Shown one piece after another: positions 9,081 to 19,027 of a DNA stretch of 26,704 bases; the stretch's first letter is position 1; every line of letters begins with the position of its first letter. The notes under the pieces are model-generated. The model had not been told where the DNA came from. It was given only the letters and a program-made list of their open reading frames with translations, and searched no databases. A program made the position numbers and the translations under genes. This DNA comes from Candidatus Krumholzibacteriia bacterium (GTDB taxonomy: Bacteria; Krumholzibacteriota; Krumholzibacteriia; WVZY01), in NCBI GenBank assembly GCA_036478295.1, contig JAZGDW010000190.1, forward strand, positions 1-26,704, read 5' to 3'.

Positions 9081-9771
9081 GGCAACGGGATGGGATGTGA
9101 GGAGGAGGATGAAGATGCGTATCGTTGCCATTTTCGTTTTCATATTTGTGCTTTGTGCCTGGTCGCCTGGCGGCTTTGCACAGGTCCGTTTCAACGAGAT
9201 ACTGGCTGACCCGGTGGCTGACTGGGACGGGGACGGGGCGCTCAGTTCCCGGAACGACGAGTGGATCGAAATCGTCAACGTCGGCACATCAACGATCGAT
9301 CTGTCGTGCTACCGTGCGGCGGACGCCTCCGGTGGTTTCGACTGGCGTTACGGCTTCAGTGGTCTGCTGGCCCCCGGCGAAGTGCGGGTCGTCTACGGGA
9401 CCGACTCGGTCGCCTGGGAACACGCCAACGGTTTCCCCGCCTTCGGGTTGAGTCTCAACAACGCGGGTGATACCGTGTTCCTCTATGACGTGCTCGGGGG
9501 CGACACGTTGATCGTCGACCAATACACCTACCAATCGTTTCAGGTCCTCGACGACCGGTCGACGGGACGTAGTCCCGACGGCAACGGCCAGTGGGTGGTT
9601 TTCGACGGCCTCAACCCGTACCTGGGCAGCACACCCCCGTTGGGCACCGGGTGCGCTCCCACGCCCGGGGGGGTGAACTGTATCCCAGGAGTGCCCGTTG
9701 AAGAGTCCACATGGGGAGCTGTGAAGCACCTGTACCGTAACTAACCCAAAGTTTATCCCAATCCCGTTGCC
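9081..9771. repeat. Inverted repeat pair flanking the lamin-tail-domain gene
   Basis: GGCAACGGGATGGGAT (9081-9096) vs ATCCCAATCCCGTTGCC (9755-9771); reverse complements apart from a 1-nt indel. Confidence 0.55.
9115..9744 (+). CDS. Secreted lamin tail domain (LTD) protein with C-terminal TWGxVKxLY motif
   Basis: GGAGGAGG RBS at 9101-9108 (start 9115, alternative 9109); signal peptide; VRFNEILADP, DEWIEIVN, LAPGE, LNNAGDTVFL, STGRSPDG, PTPG typical of LTD; ends VPVEESTWGAVKHLYRN. Confidence 0.85.
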   Translation: MRIVAIFVFIFVLCAWSPGGFAQVRFNEILADPVADWDGDGALSSRNDEWIEIVNVGTSTIDLSCYRAADASGGFDWRYGFSGLLAPGEVRVVYGTDSVAWEHANGFPAFGLSLNNAGDTVFLYDVLGGDTLIVDQYTYQSFQVLDDRSTGRSPDGNGQWVVFDGLNPYLGSTPPLGTGCAPTPGGVNCIPGVPVEESTWGAVKHLYRN

Positions 9772-9837
9772 AACGGTGGTTAGCCCATAACTTAATATAA
9801 AAGAATAAGATATAGAGTTTTCCTGCCAAAAATGCCG

Positions 9838-9867
9838 TTGACAGCGCCGCCTGCCATCCGCTATCGT
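9838..9867 (+). promoter_or_regulatory. Putative sigma70 promoter of the meaB-mutase-beta-oxidation operon
   Basis: Consensus TTGACA (9838-9843), 18 bp spacer, TATCGT (9862-9867); AT-rich tract upstream at about 9786-9832. Confidence 0.6.
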
Positions 9868-9998
9868 ATGACAGTCATGGGCGCCTCCCGGTTCGGTTCG
9901 CCCTTCCGGCCCACAGGAGAATGCCTGCAAAATTTCTAATTCTTTGCGGTTAACCCCGATCCATCGCTCACCTCGACCCGTGGGGACCCGACGCCGCC

Positions 9999-10967
9999 AT
10001 GAGCGCAAAGTATCTGCAGCGTTTCTACGCCGGGGAAGTGCTGGCCGCGTCCAGGCTGATGTCCCTGGTCGAAAAAGGGGGAGACGCGGCGGAAGCGGTC
10101 CTGAGCGAGTTGTTTCCCAGGATGAGCCGTTCCTACCGCGTGGGTGTGACGGGTCTTACCGGCGCGGGAAAAAGCACACTGATCAATGCTCTGATCCGGC
10201 GCTACCGCGACAAGGGCCTGACGGTCGGGGTGGTGGCCGAAGACCCCACGAGCCCCTTCACCGGCGGAGCGATCCTGGGTGACCGGGTGAGGATGCAGGA
10301 CGCGACCGGCGACGAAGGCGTTTTTATTCGCAGTATCGCCAGTCGCGGGAGCGAGACCGGTTTCAGCTCATGCGCCAGCGAGCTGGCCGACGTGCTCGAC
10401 GCGTTCGGCCGCGACATCATATTTCTCGAAACGATCGGGGTCGGGCAGCTGGAGTACCGGGTCCGGTTCAGCGCTCACACGACCGTCGTTGTCTTGACTC
10501 CGGACGCCGGTGACGATGTGCAGAGTCTCAAGTCGGGCCTGATGGAAGTCGGGGACATATTCGTCGTCAACAAGGCGGACCGTTCACACGCCCAACGTTA
10601 CGCGGATGATCTGCGCTCGATGCTCGAGTTGAGGTGCGTCGAAGGTGGCTGGCTACCCCTCGTGGTGGGCACGGTGGCCACTCGCGACGAAGGTATCGAT
10701 GAGCTGGTGGAATCCGTCGACATCCATCGTTCCTATTTGTCGCAAGACGATCGTATGGAGCAGAAACGCGTTACAGCGCTCAGGAACCGCACGACGATGA
10801 TTGTCGAAGAGAAACTCAAAGAATTTTTCTGGAAAAACGCGTATATTAAAGAAAAACTCGACGGCCTGCTGGACGCGGTAGTTGCGGGGAAGAAATCGCC
10901 GTACGAGGTTGCCGGCGAAATCATTAAGCCGTTGAAGATAGAGAAGAAGAAAGGGGGCACTCGATGA
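9999..10967 (+). CDS. meaB: Acyl-CoA mutase-associated GTPase/metallochaperone MeaB (ArgK/MMAA family)
   Basis: [10 protein letters not shown]-loop, [44 protein letters not shown] overlap with the mutase gene. Confidence 0.93.
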   Translation: MSAKYLQRFYAGEVLAASRLMSLVEKGGDAAEAVLSELFPRMSRSYRVGVTGLTGAGKSTLINALIRRYRDKGLTVGVVAEDPTSPFTGGAILGDRVRMQDATGDEGVFIRSIASRGSETGFSSCASELADVLDAFGRDIIFLETIGVGQLEYRVRFSAHTTVVVLTPDAGDDVQSLKSGLMEVGDIFVVNKADRSHAQRYADDLRSMLELRCVEGGWLPLVVGTVATRDEGIDELVESVDIHRSYLSQDDRMEQKRVTALRNRTTMIVEEKLKEFFWKNAYIKEKLDGLLDAVVAGKKSPYEVAGEIIKPLKIEKKKGGTR

Positions 10968-12628
10968 ATCCCAAGCTGCGCGCGTCACTGGCCGAGAGCA
11001 AAAAAGAATACTTGAAGAAAGTCGGGCAGAGCCCCGTGCAGGACCTGGATTTTACGACCGTTTCGGGAGAGCCGGTTGAGATCCTCTATACGCCGGACGA
11101 CATCGCTGATATCGATTATATGGAGGATATCGGGCTTCCCGGCGAGTACCCGTATACACGAGGCATCCACGCGAATATGTACCGCGGCAAGCATTGGACC
11201 ATGCGCCTCTTTGCGGGATTCGGCTCTGCGAAGGACACCAACGAACGTTTTCACTACCTCTTGCGAGGCGGGCAGACGGGTCTGTCGGTGGCGTTCGATT
11301 TGCCTACTCTCTACGGATACGATTCGGACCACGGTCGCGCGGTCGGCGAAGTGGGCAAGTGCGGGGTTGCCATCGACTCGATGCGAGACATGGAGGTTCT
11401 CTTCGACGGCATCGATCTTGGCGAGATTACGACATCGATGACCATCAACGGCCCGGCCATCATCGTGTTGGCGCTTTACGCCGCCAACGCGGAAAAGCGG
11501 GGAATCGCGCTCGAGAAACTCGCTGGCACGACGCAAAACGATATTCTCAAGGAGTACATCGCGCAAAAGAGTTTCATTTTCCCTCCCGAGCCGTCGATGC
11601 GTCTCGTCACCGATTCGATGGAGTTTTGCACGCAACACATGCCGCTGTGGAATACGATCAGTATTAGCGGTTACCACATACGGGAGGCGGGATCGACCGC
11701 CGTGCAGGAGTTGGCGTTCACGCTGGCCGATGGGTTCGCCTACGTGGAGGCCGGTATCAAGGCGGGCCTCGACGTGGATGAATTTGCTCCCAGGTTGTCG
11801 TTCTTTTTCAATTCCCATCTCGATTTTTTCGAAGAGATTTGCAAGTTCAGGGCAGCTCGACGCATCTGGGCGCGCCATATGAAAGAACGCTACGGCGCCA
11901 AGAAACCTCGCTCGTGGCTGCTGCGTTTCCACACGCAGACTGCGGGGGTATCGCTCACTGCGCAGCAGCCGGAGAACAACATCGTCCGCACGGCATTCCA
12001 GGGGTTGGCCGGCGTGCTGGGTGGCACGCAGTCCCTGCACACGAATTCGATGGACGAGACGCTTGGGCTTCCTACGGAAAAGGCGGCACGCATCGCGCTG
12101 CGGACGCAGCAGTTGATCGCGCACGAAACAGGCGTCAGCAACACCATTGACCCGCTCGCGGGGAGCTACTTCATCGAAGCACAAACACGCAAGATGGAAC
12201 AGCAGGCCGAGGAGTACTTCCGCCGGATCAAAGAACTCGGAGGGGTCGTGCAGGCGGTTGAAGACGGGTTTTTTGCGAGGGAAATCGGCAAGGCCGCATA
12301 CGACTATCAGAAGGCGGTGGAGCAGAAACGAAAGATCGTCGTAGGCGTCAACGATTTCAAGGAAGGCAACGAAGAGGACGAGATCGCGATCCTCCGCGTT
12401 GACGATCAGGTGGAGGTCGACCAGGTGGCGTCGCTCGAGCGTCTCCGTGAGATGCGTGATAATGGAGCGGTGCAGGCCAAGCTGCAGGACCTGGAAGCCG
12501 CGGCGACCGCCGGGCACAACGTGCTGCCCCACCTCCTCGATTGCGCGACTGCGTACGCGACCGAAGGAGAGATGACGCAGGTGTTCAAGAAGATCTTTGG
12601 AGAGTACAAGGAACCCGCGTATTTCTGA
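10964..12628 (+). CDS. icmA: AdoCbl-dependent acyl-CoA mutase large (substrate-binding) subunit, isobutyryl-CoA mutase type
   Basis: [41 protein letters not shown]; specificity positions F83 (WTMRLFAGF) and Q201 ([11 protein letters not shown]) instead of the Tyr/Arg of methylmalonyl-CoA mutase; no B12-binding domain. Family call is secure, substrate call is inferred. Confidence 0.75.
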   Translation: MNPKLRASLAESKKEYLKKVGQSPVQDLDFTTVSGEPVEILYTPDDIADIDYMEDIGLPGEYPYTRGIHANMYRGKHWTMRLFAGFGSAKDTNERFHYLLRGGQTGLSVAFDLPTLYGYDSDHGRAVGEVGKCGVAIDSMRDMEVLFDGIDLGEITTSMTINGPAIIVLALYAANAEKRGIALEKLAGTTQNDILKEYIAQKSFIFPPEPSMRLVTDSMEFCTQHMPLWNTISISGYHIREAGSTAVQELAFTLADGFAYVEAGIKAGLDVDEFAPRLSFFFNSHLDFFEEICKFRAARRIWARHMKERYGAKKPRSWLLRFHTQTAGVSLTAQQPENNIVRTAFQGLAGVLGGTQSLHTNSMDETLGLPTEKAARIALRTQQLIAHETGVSNTIDPLAGSYFIEAQTRKMEQQAEEYFRRIKELGGVVQAVEDGFFAREIGKAAYDYQKAVEQKRKIVVGVNDFKEGNEEDEIAILRVDDQVEVDQVASLERLREMRDNGAVQAKLQDLEAAATAGHNVLPHLLDCATAYATEGEMTQVFKKIFGEYKEPAYF

Positions 12629-12689
12629 TTTGACGTAAGGTCCGAGGACGCGGGATTTGCCGCTGCCGGTGCGGAACCAGGAGGAAAAG

Positions 12690-13106
12690 ATGAGCAAACC
12701 GATAAAGGTGCTGGTGGCCAAGCCCGGCCTGGATGGGCACGACCGCGGTGCGAAGGTGGTGGCCAACGCACTCAGGGACGGGGGAATGGAAGTCATTTAT
12801 ACGGGACTCCACCAGACACCGGAGATGATTCTGGAGGCGGCCGTTCAGGAAGATGTGGACGTAGTGTCGTTGAGCATCCTGTCCGGGGCGCACATGAGTC
12901 TGTTCCAGCGGGTTCGCAAGATGATGGACGAAGGCGGGCTCAAAGACGTACCGCTCATCGGCGGAGGAATTATTCCCGATGAAGACGTGAAGAAACTCAA
13001 GGCTTTGGGTGTGAGCGCGGTTTTCGGGCCGGGCACGGACACGCGGGAGATCGTGCGATACATTCGGGATTTGTTCGAGGGCAATCAATCGAAGAAGGCC
13101 GACTAG
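12690..13106 (+). CDS. Cobalamin-binding small subunit of acyl-CoA mutase (IcmB/McmB-like)
   Basis: ATG 12690 after [19 protein letters not shown] (DxHxxG), SILSGAH, GGGIIP, FGPGT. Confidence 0.93.
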   Translation: MSKPIKVLVAKPGLDGHDRGAKVVANALRDGGMEVIYTGLHQTPEMILEAAVQEDVDVVSLSILSGAHMSLFQRVRKMMDEGGLKDVPLIGGGIIPDEDVKKLKALGVSAVFGPGTDTREIVRYIRDLFEGNQSKKAD

Positions 13107-13120
13107 GACGGAGGGTCGTC

Positions 13121-14263
13121 ATGGAGACTATGGAGATCACGGACGAACAGCAGATGATTCGTGAAATGGCGCGGAAGTTCGCCGAGAGCGAGCTGAAGCC
13201 TATCGCGGCCGAAATCGATGAAAAGGGAGAATATCCGGTCGAGATGTTCAAGAAAATGGCCAAGGTGGGATTCATGGGCCTCACGGTGCCCGCCGAGTAC
13301 GGCGGCACCGGCACGGACACCGTTTGTTACTCCATCGTTATCGAGGAGCTGTCCAGGGTCTGCGGTTCGACGGGACTGTCCGTTGCCGCCCATAACTCGC
13401 TGAGCATGACCCCGATTTTGATGGCCGGGACAGAGGAACAGAAGAAGAAGTACTTGAACCCCCTGGCATCGGGTGAGGCGGTAGGGGCATTCTGTCTCAC
13501 CGAGCCGCACGCGGGAAGCGACGCGGCGGCGATCAGGACACGCGCGGAACTCAAGGGCGACAAGTATCTTCTCTCCGGTACCAAGGCCTTCGTGACCAAC
13601 GGCGGTTTTGCCACCTATCTGGTTGTGACCGCGATCACAGATCCCGACGCGGGCCCCGACGGCATCGGCGCTTTCGTGGTTCAAAACGATTTTCCGGGAT
13701 TTCAAGTGGGGACCATCGAAGACAAGCTGGGATGCCGGGCTTCATGCACTGCCGAAATCGTTTTCGACAATTGTGAAGTGCCAAAGGAAAACCTGCTGGG
13801 AGGCGGTGGGGCAGGGTTCAGGACGTTTATGAAAACGCTCGAAGGCGGTCGCATTTCGATCGGCGCCATGGCACTAGGCATCGGCCAGGGAGCGCTGGAT
13901 GAAGCCCTCGCCTACGCAAAGGAACGCGAGCAGTTCGGCAAGCCGATCGCGGAATTCCAGGCCATTCAGCATATGCTGGCGACAATGGCAACGGAACTGC
14001 ACGCGTCGAGGCTGATGGTATACCATGCCAGCCGGGTGAAAGACTCCGGGCAGCCGTTCAGCCGCGAGGCGTCGATGGCAAAGCTGTTTGCCTCCGAGGC
14101 CGCCATGCGGGCGGCCGATAAGGCGCTACAGATTCATGGGGGATACGGGTACACCAAGGACTACCCGGTCGAGCGATTTCTTCGTGACGCTAAGATCTGT
14201 GAGATCGGTGAAGGCACGAGCGAGATCCAGCGCATGATTATCGCCCGGGATATACTCAAATAG
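13121..14263 (+). CDS. Short-chain (butyryl-CoA type) acyl-CoA dehydrogenase
   Basis: [63 protein letters not shown]; alternative start 13130. Confidence 0.93.
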   Translation: METMEITDEQQMIREMARKFAESELKPIAAEIDEKGEYPVEMFKKMAKVGFMGLTVPAEYGGTGTDTVCYSIVIEELSRVCGSTGLSVAAHNSLSMTPILMAGTEEQKKKYLNPLASGEAVGAFCLTEPHAGSDAAAIRTRAELKGDKYLLSGTKAFVTNGGFATYLVVTAITDPDAGPDGIGAFVVQNDFPGFQVGTIEDKLGCRASCTAEIVFDNCEVPKENLLGGGGAGFRTFMKTLEGGRISIGAMALGIGQGALDEALAYAKEREQFGKPIAEFQAIQHMLATMATELHASRLMVYHASRVKDSGQPFSREASMAKLFASEAAMRAADKALQIHGGYGYTKDYPVERFLRDAKICEIGEGTSEIQRMIIARDILK

Positions 14264-14317
14264 CTTTATGCCGGCCTTGCGGCGGCATCAAGCGGGAGCG
14301 ATTGGAGCCGACGCCGC
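14253..14317 (+). repeat. Structured intergenic repeat, copy 1 (copy 2 at 25896-25961)
   Basis: 54 of 66 aligned columns identical to copy 2 by hand alignment; stem GCTTTATGC (14263-14271) / GCATCAAGC (14285-14293). Confidence 0.75.
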
Positions 14318-14372
14318 AAGCGGCGCCGCTCGATTCCCGCCGGGTCGAAAAAACGGCACGGGAGGAAATGTG

Positions 14373-15548
14373 ATGGAACGGCCAGTCATATGTGCGGCCC
14401 TGAGGACCCCGGTCGGCAAGTTTCTGGGGGGGCTCTCCAGCATGGGAGCGCCCGACATCGGCGCGGTCGTGGTCAGAGCGCTCATCGCGAAGAGTGGCAT
14501 CGACCCCAGGGCGATCGACGAGGTGATTATGGGCAACGTGTTGCAGGGAGGGCTGGGGCAGAACCCGGCACGGCAGGCGGCGCTTGCCGGTGGCGTGCCG
14601 CCCGAAGTAGGGGCGGTGACGATCAACAAGGTCTGCGGCTCCGGGTTGAAATCGGTCATACTGGCAGCACAAGCGGTCCAGTTGGGCGACGCCGCCCTGG
14701 TTATTGCAGGCGGTTTCGAGTGTATGAGCCGCGCGCCGTACCTCCTGCCCGAAGTCCGGACCGGCCAGCGGTTGGGGCACGGCAAGGTCATCGATTCGAT
14801 GGTGAACGACGGTTTGTGGGACTGCCATAACGATATCCACATGGGTAAGACCGCCGAGCTGGTATCCGAGAAGTACGGGGTGAGTCGCGAGACACAGGAC
14901 GAATACGCGCTCTCCAGCCAGCAGCGGGCGGTGGCGGCGCAGGAGGCGGGCGCGTTCGACGATGAGATCGTCCCAGTGACGGTCAGGGGACGCCGCGGAG
15001 ACACAGTCGTGGAGCGTGACGAAGGACCGCGCAAGGACAGCAGCATGGAAAGGCTCGCCGCGTTGCGACCGGCATTCAAGAAGGACGGCACCGTGACCGC
15101 CGGTAACGCGTCGACCATAAACGACGGCGCCGCCGGCGTCATTGTGGCGTCGGAAAAGAAAGCCAAGAAGTTGGGCTTGCCGGTTCTGGCGAGCGTCGAT
15201 GCGTACGCCGTGGGAGGCGTGGAGCCCAAGTGGGTTATGATGGCGCCGGTAATTGCAGTGAAGAATCTTCTGGCGAAGACGGGGGAAACCGTGGCCGATT
15301 TCGATCTTTTTGAGCTCAACGAAGCCTTCGCGGCGCAGGCTGTGGCGGTGACCGGAGAACTCGAGATGCCGCTCGATAAGGTGAACGTCAACGGCGGCGC
15401 CGTGGCGCTCGGGCATCCCATCGGGGCATCGGGTGCCCGCATCCTGGTGACGCTGATCCACGCGCTCAGGAAGCGCGGAGGCAAGAAGGGGTTGGCCACG
15501 CTCTGTCTCGGCGGCGGCAACGCGGTCGCCATGAGTGTTTCGGTGTAA
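14373..15548 (+). CDS. atoB: Acetyl-CoA C-acetyltransferase (thiolase)
   Basis: ATG 14373 after [41 protein letters not shown]. Confidence 0.92.
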   Translation: MERPVICAALRTPVGKFLGGLSSMGAPDIGAVVVRALIAKSGIDPRAIDEVIMGNVLQGGLGQNPARQAALAGGVPPEVGAVTINKVCGSGLKSVILAAQAVQLGDAALVIAGGFECMSRAPYLLPEVRTGQRLGHGKVIDSMVNDGLWDCHNDIHMGKTAELVSEKYGVSRETQDEYALSSQQRAVAAQEAGAFDDEIVPVTVRGRRGDTVVERDEGPRKDSSMERLAALRPAFKKDGTVTAGNASTINDGAAGVIVASEKKAKKLGLPVLASVDAYAVGGVEPKWVMMAPVIAVKNLLAKTGETVADFDLFELNEAFAAQAVAVTGELEMPLDKVNVNGGAVALGHPIGASGARILVTLIHALRKRGGKKGLATLCLGGGNAVAMSVSV

Positions 15549-15553
15549 GCGCG

Positions 15554-16405
15554 ATGAGTGCCAGAAAGGTATCGGTCATAGGGGCGGGAACGATGGGCAG
15601 CGGAATCGCCCAGGTTTTTGCGCAGGCCGGGCATGCCGTCACCCTGATCGATGTCAAAGACGAGTTTCTAAAGAGCGGATTGTCCACCATCGGCAAGAGT
15701 CTTGACCGCCTGGTCAAGAAGAAAGTGATCTCCCCTGCGGACAGGGAACAGGTTCTGGGAAATATCTCCACGACGACAAGGGTCGGTGACGTGGCCGGCA
15801 AGGACCTCGTGCTTGAAGCCGTGTTTGAGGATGCCGCCAGCAAGGCGGATGTGTGGAAGCAAGTCAGCGGCCATGCCGATGGCGACACGATCCTCGCCAC
15901 AAACACTTCTTCGATCTCCGTGACGGCGTTGGCGTCGCACGTCAAGAATCCCAATCGTTTCATCGGCATGCATTTCATGAACCCGGTACCGGTAATGAAA
16001 CTGGTTGAAGTCATCCGTGGGCTGGAGACGGACGATGCCACCACCCGCTTCACAGTCTCGCTGTGCGAAGACCTGGGGAAGGCGCCGGTGGAGGTAAACG
16101 ATTATCCGGGATTCGTCTCAAACCGAATCCTCATGCCGATGATAAACGAGGCGGTATATTGTCTCATGGAGGGTGTCGCCAAGAAGGAGGCTATCGATGA
16201 GGTGATGAAACTCGGTATGGCCCACCCCATGGGCCCGCTGACGCTCGCGGACCTCATCGGACTCGACGTTTGCCTCGATATCATGCAAGTTCTGCACCGC
16301 GATCTTGGCGATTCGAAGTACCGGCCGTGTCCGTTGCTAAAGAAAATGGTTGCGGCGGGGCGTCTGGGCAAGAAAAGCGGCCGGGGTTTCTACGAGTACG
16401 ACTAG
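15554..16405 (+). CDS. hbd: 3-hydroxybutyryl-CoA dehydrogenase
   Basis: [11 protein letters not shown]-binding motif, [49 protein letters not shown]. Confidence 0.95.
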   Translation: MSARKVSVIGAGTMGSGIAQVFAQAGHAVTLIDVKDEFLKSGLSTIGKSLDRLVKKKVISPADREQVLGNISTTTRVGDVAGKDLVLEAVFEDAASKADVWKQVSGHADGDTILATNTSSISVTALASHVKNPNRFIGMHFMNPVPVMKLVEVIRGLETDDATTRFTVSLCEDLGKAPVEVNDYPGFVSNRILMPMINEAVYCLMEGVAKKEAIDEVMKLGMAHPMGPLTLADLIGLDVCLDIMQVLHRDLGDSKYRPCPLLKKMVAAGRLGKKSGRGFYEYD

Positions 16406-16818
16406 ATGGATGAATCCATCTGCACGAGTTCGTAGAGCACGTTTTGTGTGGACGCGGGGTGCACGAAGGCGACGAGCGAATTTCCCTTGCCGCGTCGCGG
16501 CGTTTCGTCGATGAGCCGCACACCCTCCGCCTTGAGCCGTGCGAGGACCTTTCGAATATCATCAACGGCAAACGCGATGTGATGCAAACCCGGTCCGCTC
16601 TTGCGCACGAACTTGCGGATCGGCGAGTCCTGAGATCTGCCCTCGAGTAGCTCGATCTCGGTGTTCCCAATGGTAAACGTTGCAATGTCCACGTCGAAAT
16701 CTTTGATGTATTCGCGGTGGGCGGCCTCGAGTTCGAACAGCGACTGGTACATTGCCAGGGCGGCGTCGAGATCCTCGACGGCGATCGCAATATGATCGAT
16801 TCTGTCCAGCACTTTCAA
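16402..16818 (-). CDS. mce: Methylmalonyl-CoA epimerase (VOC family)
   Basis: TTG start overlapping the mutase stop (TTGA), [45 protein letters not shown]. Confidence 0.9.
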   Translation of the reverse strand: MKVLDRIDHIAIAVEDLDAALAMYQSLFELEAAHREYIKDFDVDIATFTIGNTEIELLEGRSQDSPIRKFVRKSGPGLHHIAFAVDDIRKVLARLKAEGVRLIDETPRRGKGNSLVAFVHPASTQNVLYELVQMDSSI

Positions 16819-18494
16819 CTCATCCTCTTTTGATCGCGGTAGCGCCCGAAGTGGTCGGCGAGCGTCTGGCAAATTTCGCCGATGGTCGCCTCCTGCTTGA
16901 CCGCGTGCAGAATTAAGGGGAACAGATTCTGGTTGCCGGTGGCGGCTTTACCGATGGCGTCGAGGGCCGAAGTGACCATCGAGTCTTCCCGCGATTCCCG
17001 GCGTTTCCCGAGCGCGGATATCTGGTTCGCTTCAAGAGCGGCGTCGAGTTGGAAAACAGGGGGCGCACTCTCCGCTTCGTCCGTGTGGACGTTGACGCCG
17101 ACGACCTGTACGTCCCCACGCTCCAGAGCCTTCTGGTGCTCGTACGCCGCCTTCTCGATTTCACGCTGCGGAAACCCCGCTTCGATCGCCTTGACCATGC
17201 CGCCCATTTCGTCGACCTGGTCCAGCAGGGAGGTGGCCAGGGCCTCGAGTTCGTCGGTCAGCGCCTCGACCGCATAGCTTCCACCGAGCGGGTCGATGGT
17301 GTCGGCGACGCCGGTCTCTTCGAGAATGATCTGCTGGGTTCTCAGCGCCAGGCGGGCGGCGTTGTCACTGGGGAGGCCCAGCGCCTCGTCGAGGCTGTTC
17401 GTGTGGAGTGATTGCGTACCCCCGAGCACGGCGGCCAGGGCCTGCATGGTCACACGAACGACATTGTTGGTCGGCTGTTGGGCGGTCAACGTGCTGCCCG
17501 CCGTCTGCGTGTGAAAGCGCAGCCGCAAGCTTTCCGGACGGAGAGCCTTGAAACGACGCTTCATAATCCTCGCCCACATCCGGCGTGCCGCGCGGAATTT
17601 CGCCACCTCTTCAAGAAAGTTATTGTGCACATTGAAAAAAAAAGAGAGACGGGGCGCAAAAGTATCGACGTCCTGGCCGGCGTCGAGACCGGCCTGCACG
17701 TAAGTCACGGCGTCGGCCAGGGTAAAGGCGATCTCTTGCACGGCGGTGGCGCCCGCTTCGCGGATGTGATAGCCGCTGATGCTGATCGGGTTCCAACTGG
17801 GAAGGTGATCCGCGCACCAGGCGAACACGTCGGTGATAAGCCTCACCGACGGCTGCGGTGGAAAGATGTACGTGCCACGGGCCATGTATTCCTTGAGGAT
17901 GTCGTTCTGGACGGTGCCGCTCAGTCTCTTGCGGTCGAGACCCCGCTCGTCGCCGACGGCGATGTAGAGCGCCAGCAGGATAGAGGCGGTCGCGTTGATG
18001 GTCATCGAGGTGCTGATGCTGTCCAGGGGGATGCCGTCCAGCAGTACGCGCATGTCGTGGATCGAGTCGATCGCCACACCGACCTTGCCCACTTCGCCTT
18101 CGGCCATGGGGTGATCCGAGTCGTATCCCATCTGGGTGGGCAGGTCGAAAGCGACCGACAGTCCCTTCTGGCCTTTTTTCAACAGAAAATGAAACCGCTC
18201 GTTGGTCTGCGCCGCGGTTCCGAAGCCAGCGTACTGTCGAATCGTCCAGGGCCGGCCGCGGTACATGGTGGGGTACACCCCACGGGTGAATGGGAACTCG
18301 CCGGGAAAGTTCAACGCCTCCAGGTAATCATCCTGGTCGGCCTCGAGCGGTGTGTAGAGGGGGCGCATCTCGATGTGCGACGAGGTCTTGAAGGACTTCT
18401 TTCTCTCGGGGTGGGCGGTGGTCTCGCTGGAGTTCGTCTCGTCGTATCGCTTCTGCTCGCCCCGTCCGCCGCGCTGTTTTCTCGATTTGCTCAT
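16815..18494 (-). CDS. mcmA: Methylmalonyl-CoA mutase large (substrate-binding) subunit
   Basis: [18 protein letters not shown] (Y88) and [11 protein letters not shown] (R206), the canonical MCM signature; cotranscribed with PCC and epimerase; no B12-binding domain. Confidence 0.9.
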   Translation of the reverse strand: MSKSRKQRGGRGEQKRYDETNSSETTAHPERKKSFKTSSHIEMRPLYTPLEADQDDYLEALNFPGEFPFTRGVYPTMYRGRPWTIRQYAGFGTAAQTNERFHFLLKKGQKGLSVAFDLPTQMGYDSDHPMAEGEVGKVGVAIDSIHDMRVLLDGIPLDSISTSMTINATASILLALYIAVGDERGLDRKRLSGTVQNDILKEYMARGTYIFPPQPSVRLITDVFAWCADHLPSWNPISISGYHIREAGATAVQEIAFTLADAVTYVQAGLDAGQDVDTFAPRLSFFFNVHNNFLEEVAKFRAARRMWARIMKRRFKALRPESLRLRFHTQTAGSTLTAQQPTNNVVRVTMQALAAVLGGTQSLHTNSLDEALGLPSDNAARLALRTQQIILEETGVADTIDPLGGSYAVEALTDELEALATSLLDQVDEMGGMVKAIEAGFPQREIEKAAYEHQKALERGDVQVVGVNVHTDEAESAPPVFQLDAALEANQISALGKRRESREDSMVTSALDAIGKAATGNQNLFPLILHAVKQEATIGEICQTLADHFGRYRDQKRMS

Positions 18495-19024
18495 TCGCTT
18501 CTCTCGATTTCGATCAGAGGGACCTGCGAGTCGACGGCGTCTTCGGCAGTGATGTTGACCGCCTTGACGACACCGTCTACTTCTGAAACGAGCTCGTTTT
18601 GCATTTTCATCGCTTCCATAACGACGACCGGGAAGCCGGCCTTGATCGTGTCGCCGACCTTGACGCGCACTTCCACAATGAGCCCCGGCATGGGAGACGA
18701 CACCACGTAGGGCCCCGTCGGCTTGACCGTGCTCGTCGCCCGGCGTGTTGCAATCAGGCGCTCATCCAGTACGTCCACATTGTATCGGCGGCCGTTGACG
18801 TTGGCGTAATAGAGCCCTTCATCGATCTTCAGCGCGGAACACTCGATCAAGTGGGACTTGTTATCGATAATGAGCGAGAGAAAGTCCTTATGACCGGCAC
18901 TTCGACAATCGACGAGCCGGGAGGTCCCGTCCACGTCGACGGCGTATAAGTCGTCTTTTTCCTCCACTTCGACCCGCTTCTCCTGTCCTTCGATGCGCAC
19001 CCAGAACCTCATCTTCTTAATCAT
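18491..19024 (-). CDS. Biotin carboxyl carrier subunit of propionyl/acyl-CoA carboxylase
   Basis: [17 protein letters not shown] biotinylation motif; beta-rich N-terminal region; alternative start 19012. Confidence 0.92.
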   Translation of the reverse strand: MIKKMRFWVRIEGQEKRVEVEEKDDLYAVDVDGTSRLVDCRSAGHKDFLSLIIDNKSHLIECSALKIDEGLYYANVNGRRYNVDVLDERLIATRRATSTVKPTGPYVVSSPMPGLIVEVRVKVGDTIKAGFPVVVMEAMKMQNELVSEVDGVVKAVNITAEDAVDSQVPLIEIERSE

Positions 19025-19027
19025 CGC

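Noticed and set aside
9780..9807. dif-like XerCD site (…GCCCATAA-CTTAAT…)
   Set aside because: Only the left arm resembles dif; there is no TTATGTTAAAT-like XerD arm
9868..9998. Cobalamin riboswitch ahead of the B12-dependent operon
   Set aside because: No B12-box or conserved GGGAA / GCCACTG core elements visible
14261..14320. UAG read-through or pyrrolysine (PYLIS-like) signal as the role of the repeat hairpin
   Set aside because: The two copies sit 1 nt out of register relative to the UAG, read-through does not join the thiolase frame, and both proteins already end at their normal family C-termini
17635..17643. A9 homopolymer in mcmA as a phase-variation tract
   Set aside because: It encodes the conserved SFFF motif in frame; the paralogue has the same residues
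10964..18494. Mutase genes as truncated pseudogenes or a recent duplication
   Set aside because: Split large/small mutases are an established architecture; both frames are intact and differ at specificity residues
3402..18710. Long opposite-strand ORFs (3402-5213, 10985-12796, 14256-15461, 14288-15634, 17412-18710)
   Set aside because: Shadow ORFs antisense to well-conserved genes in high-GC DNA, with no recognisable motifs
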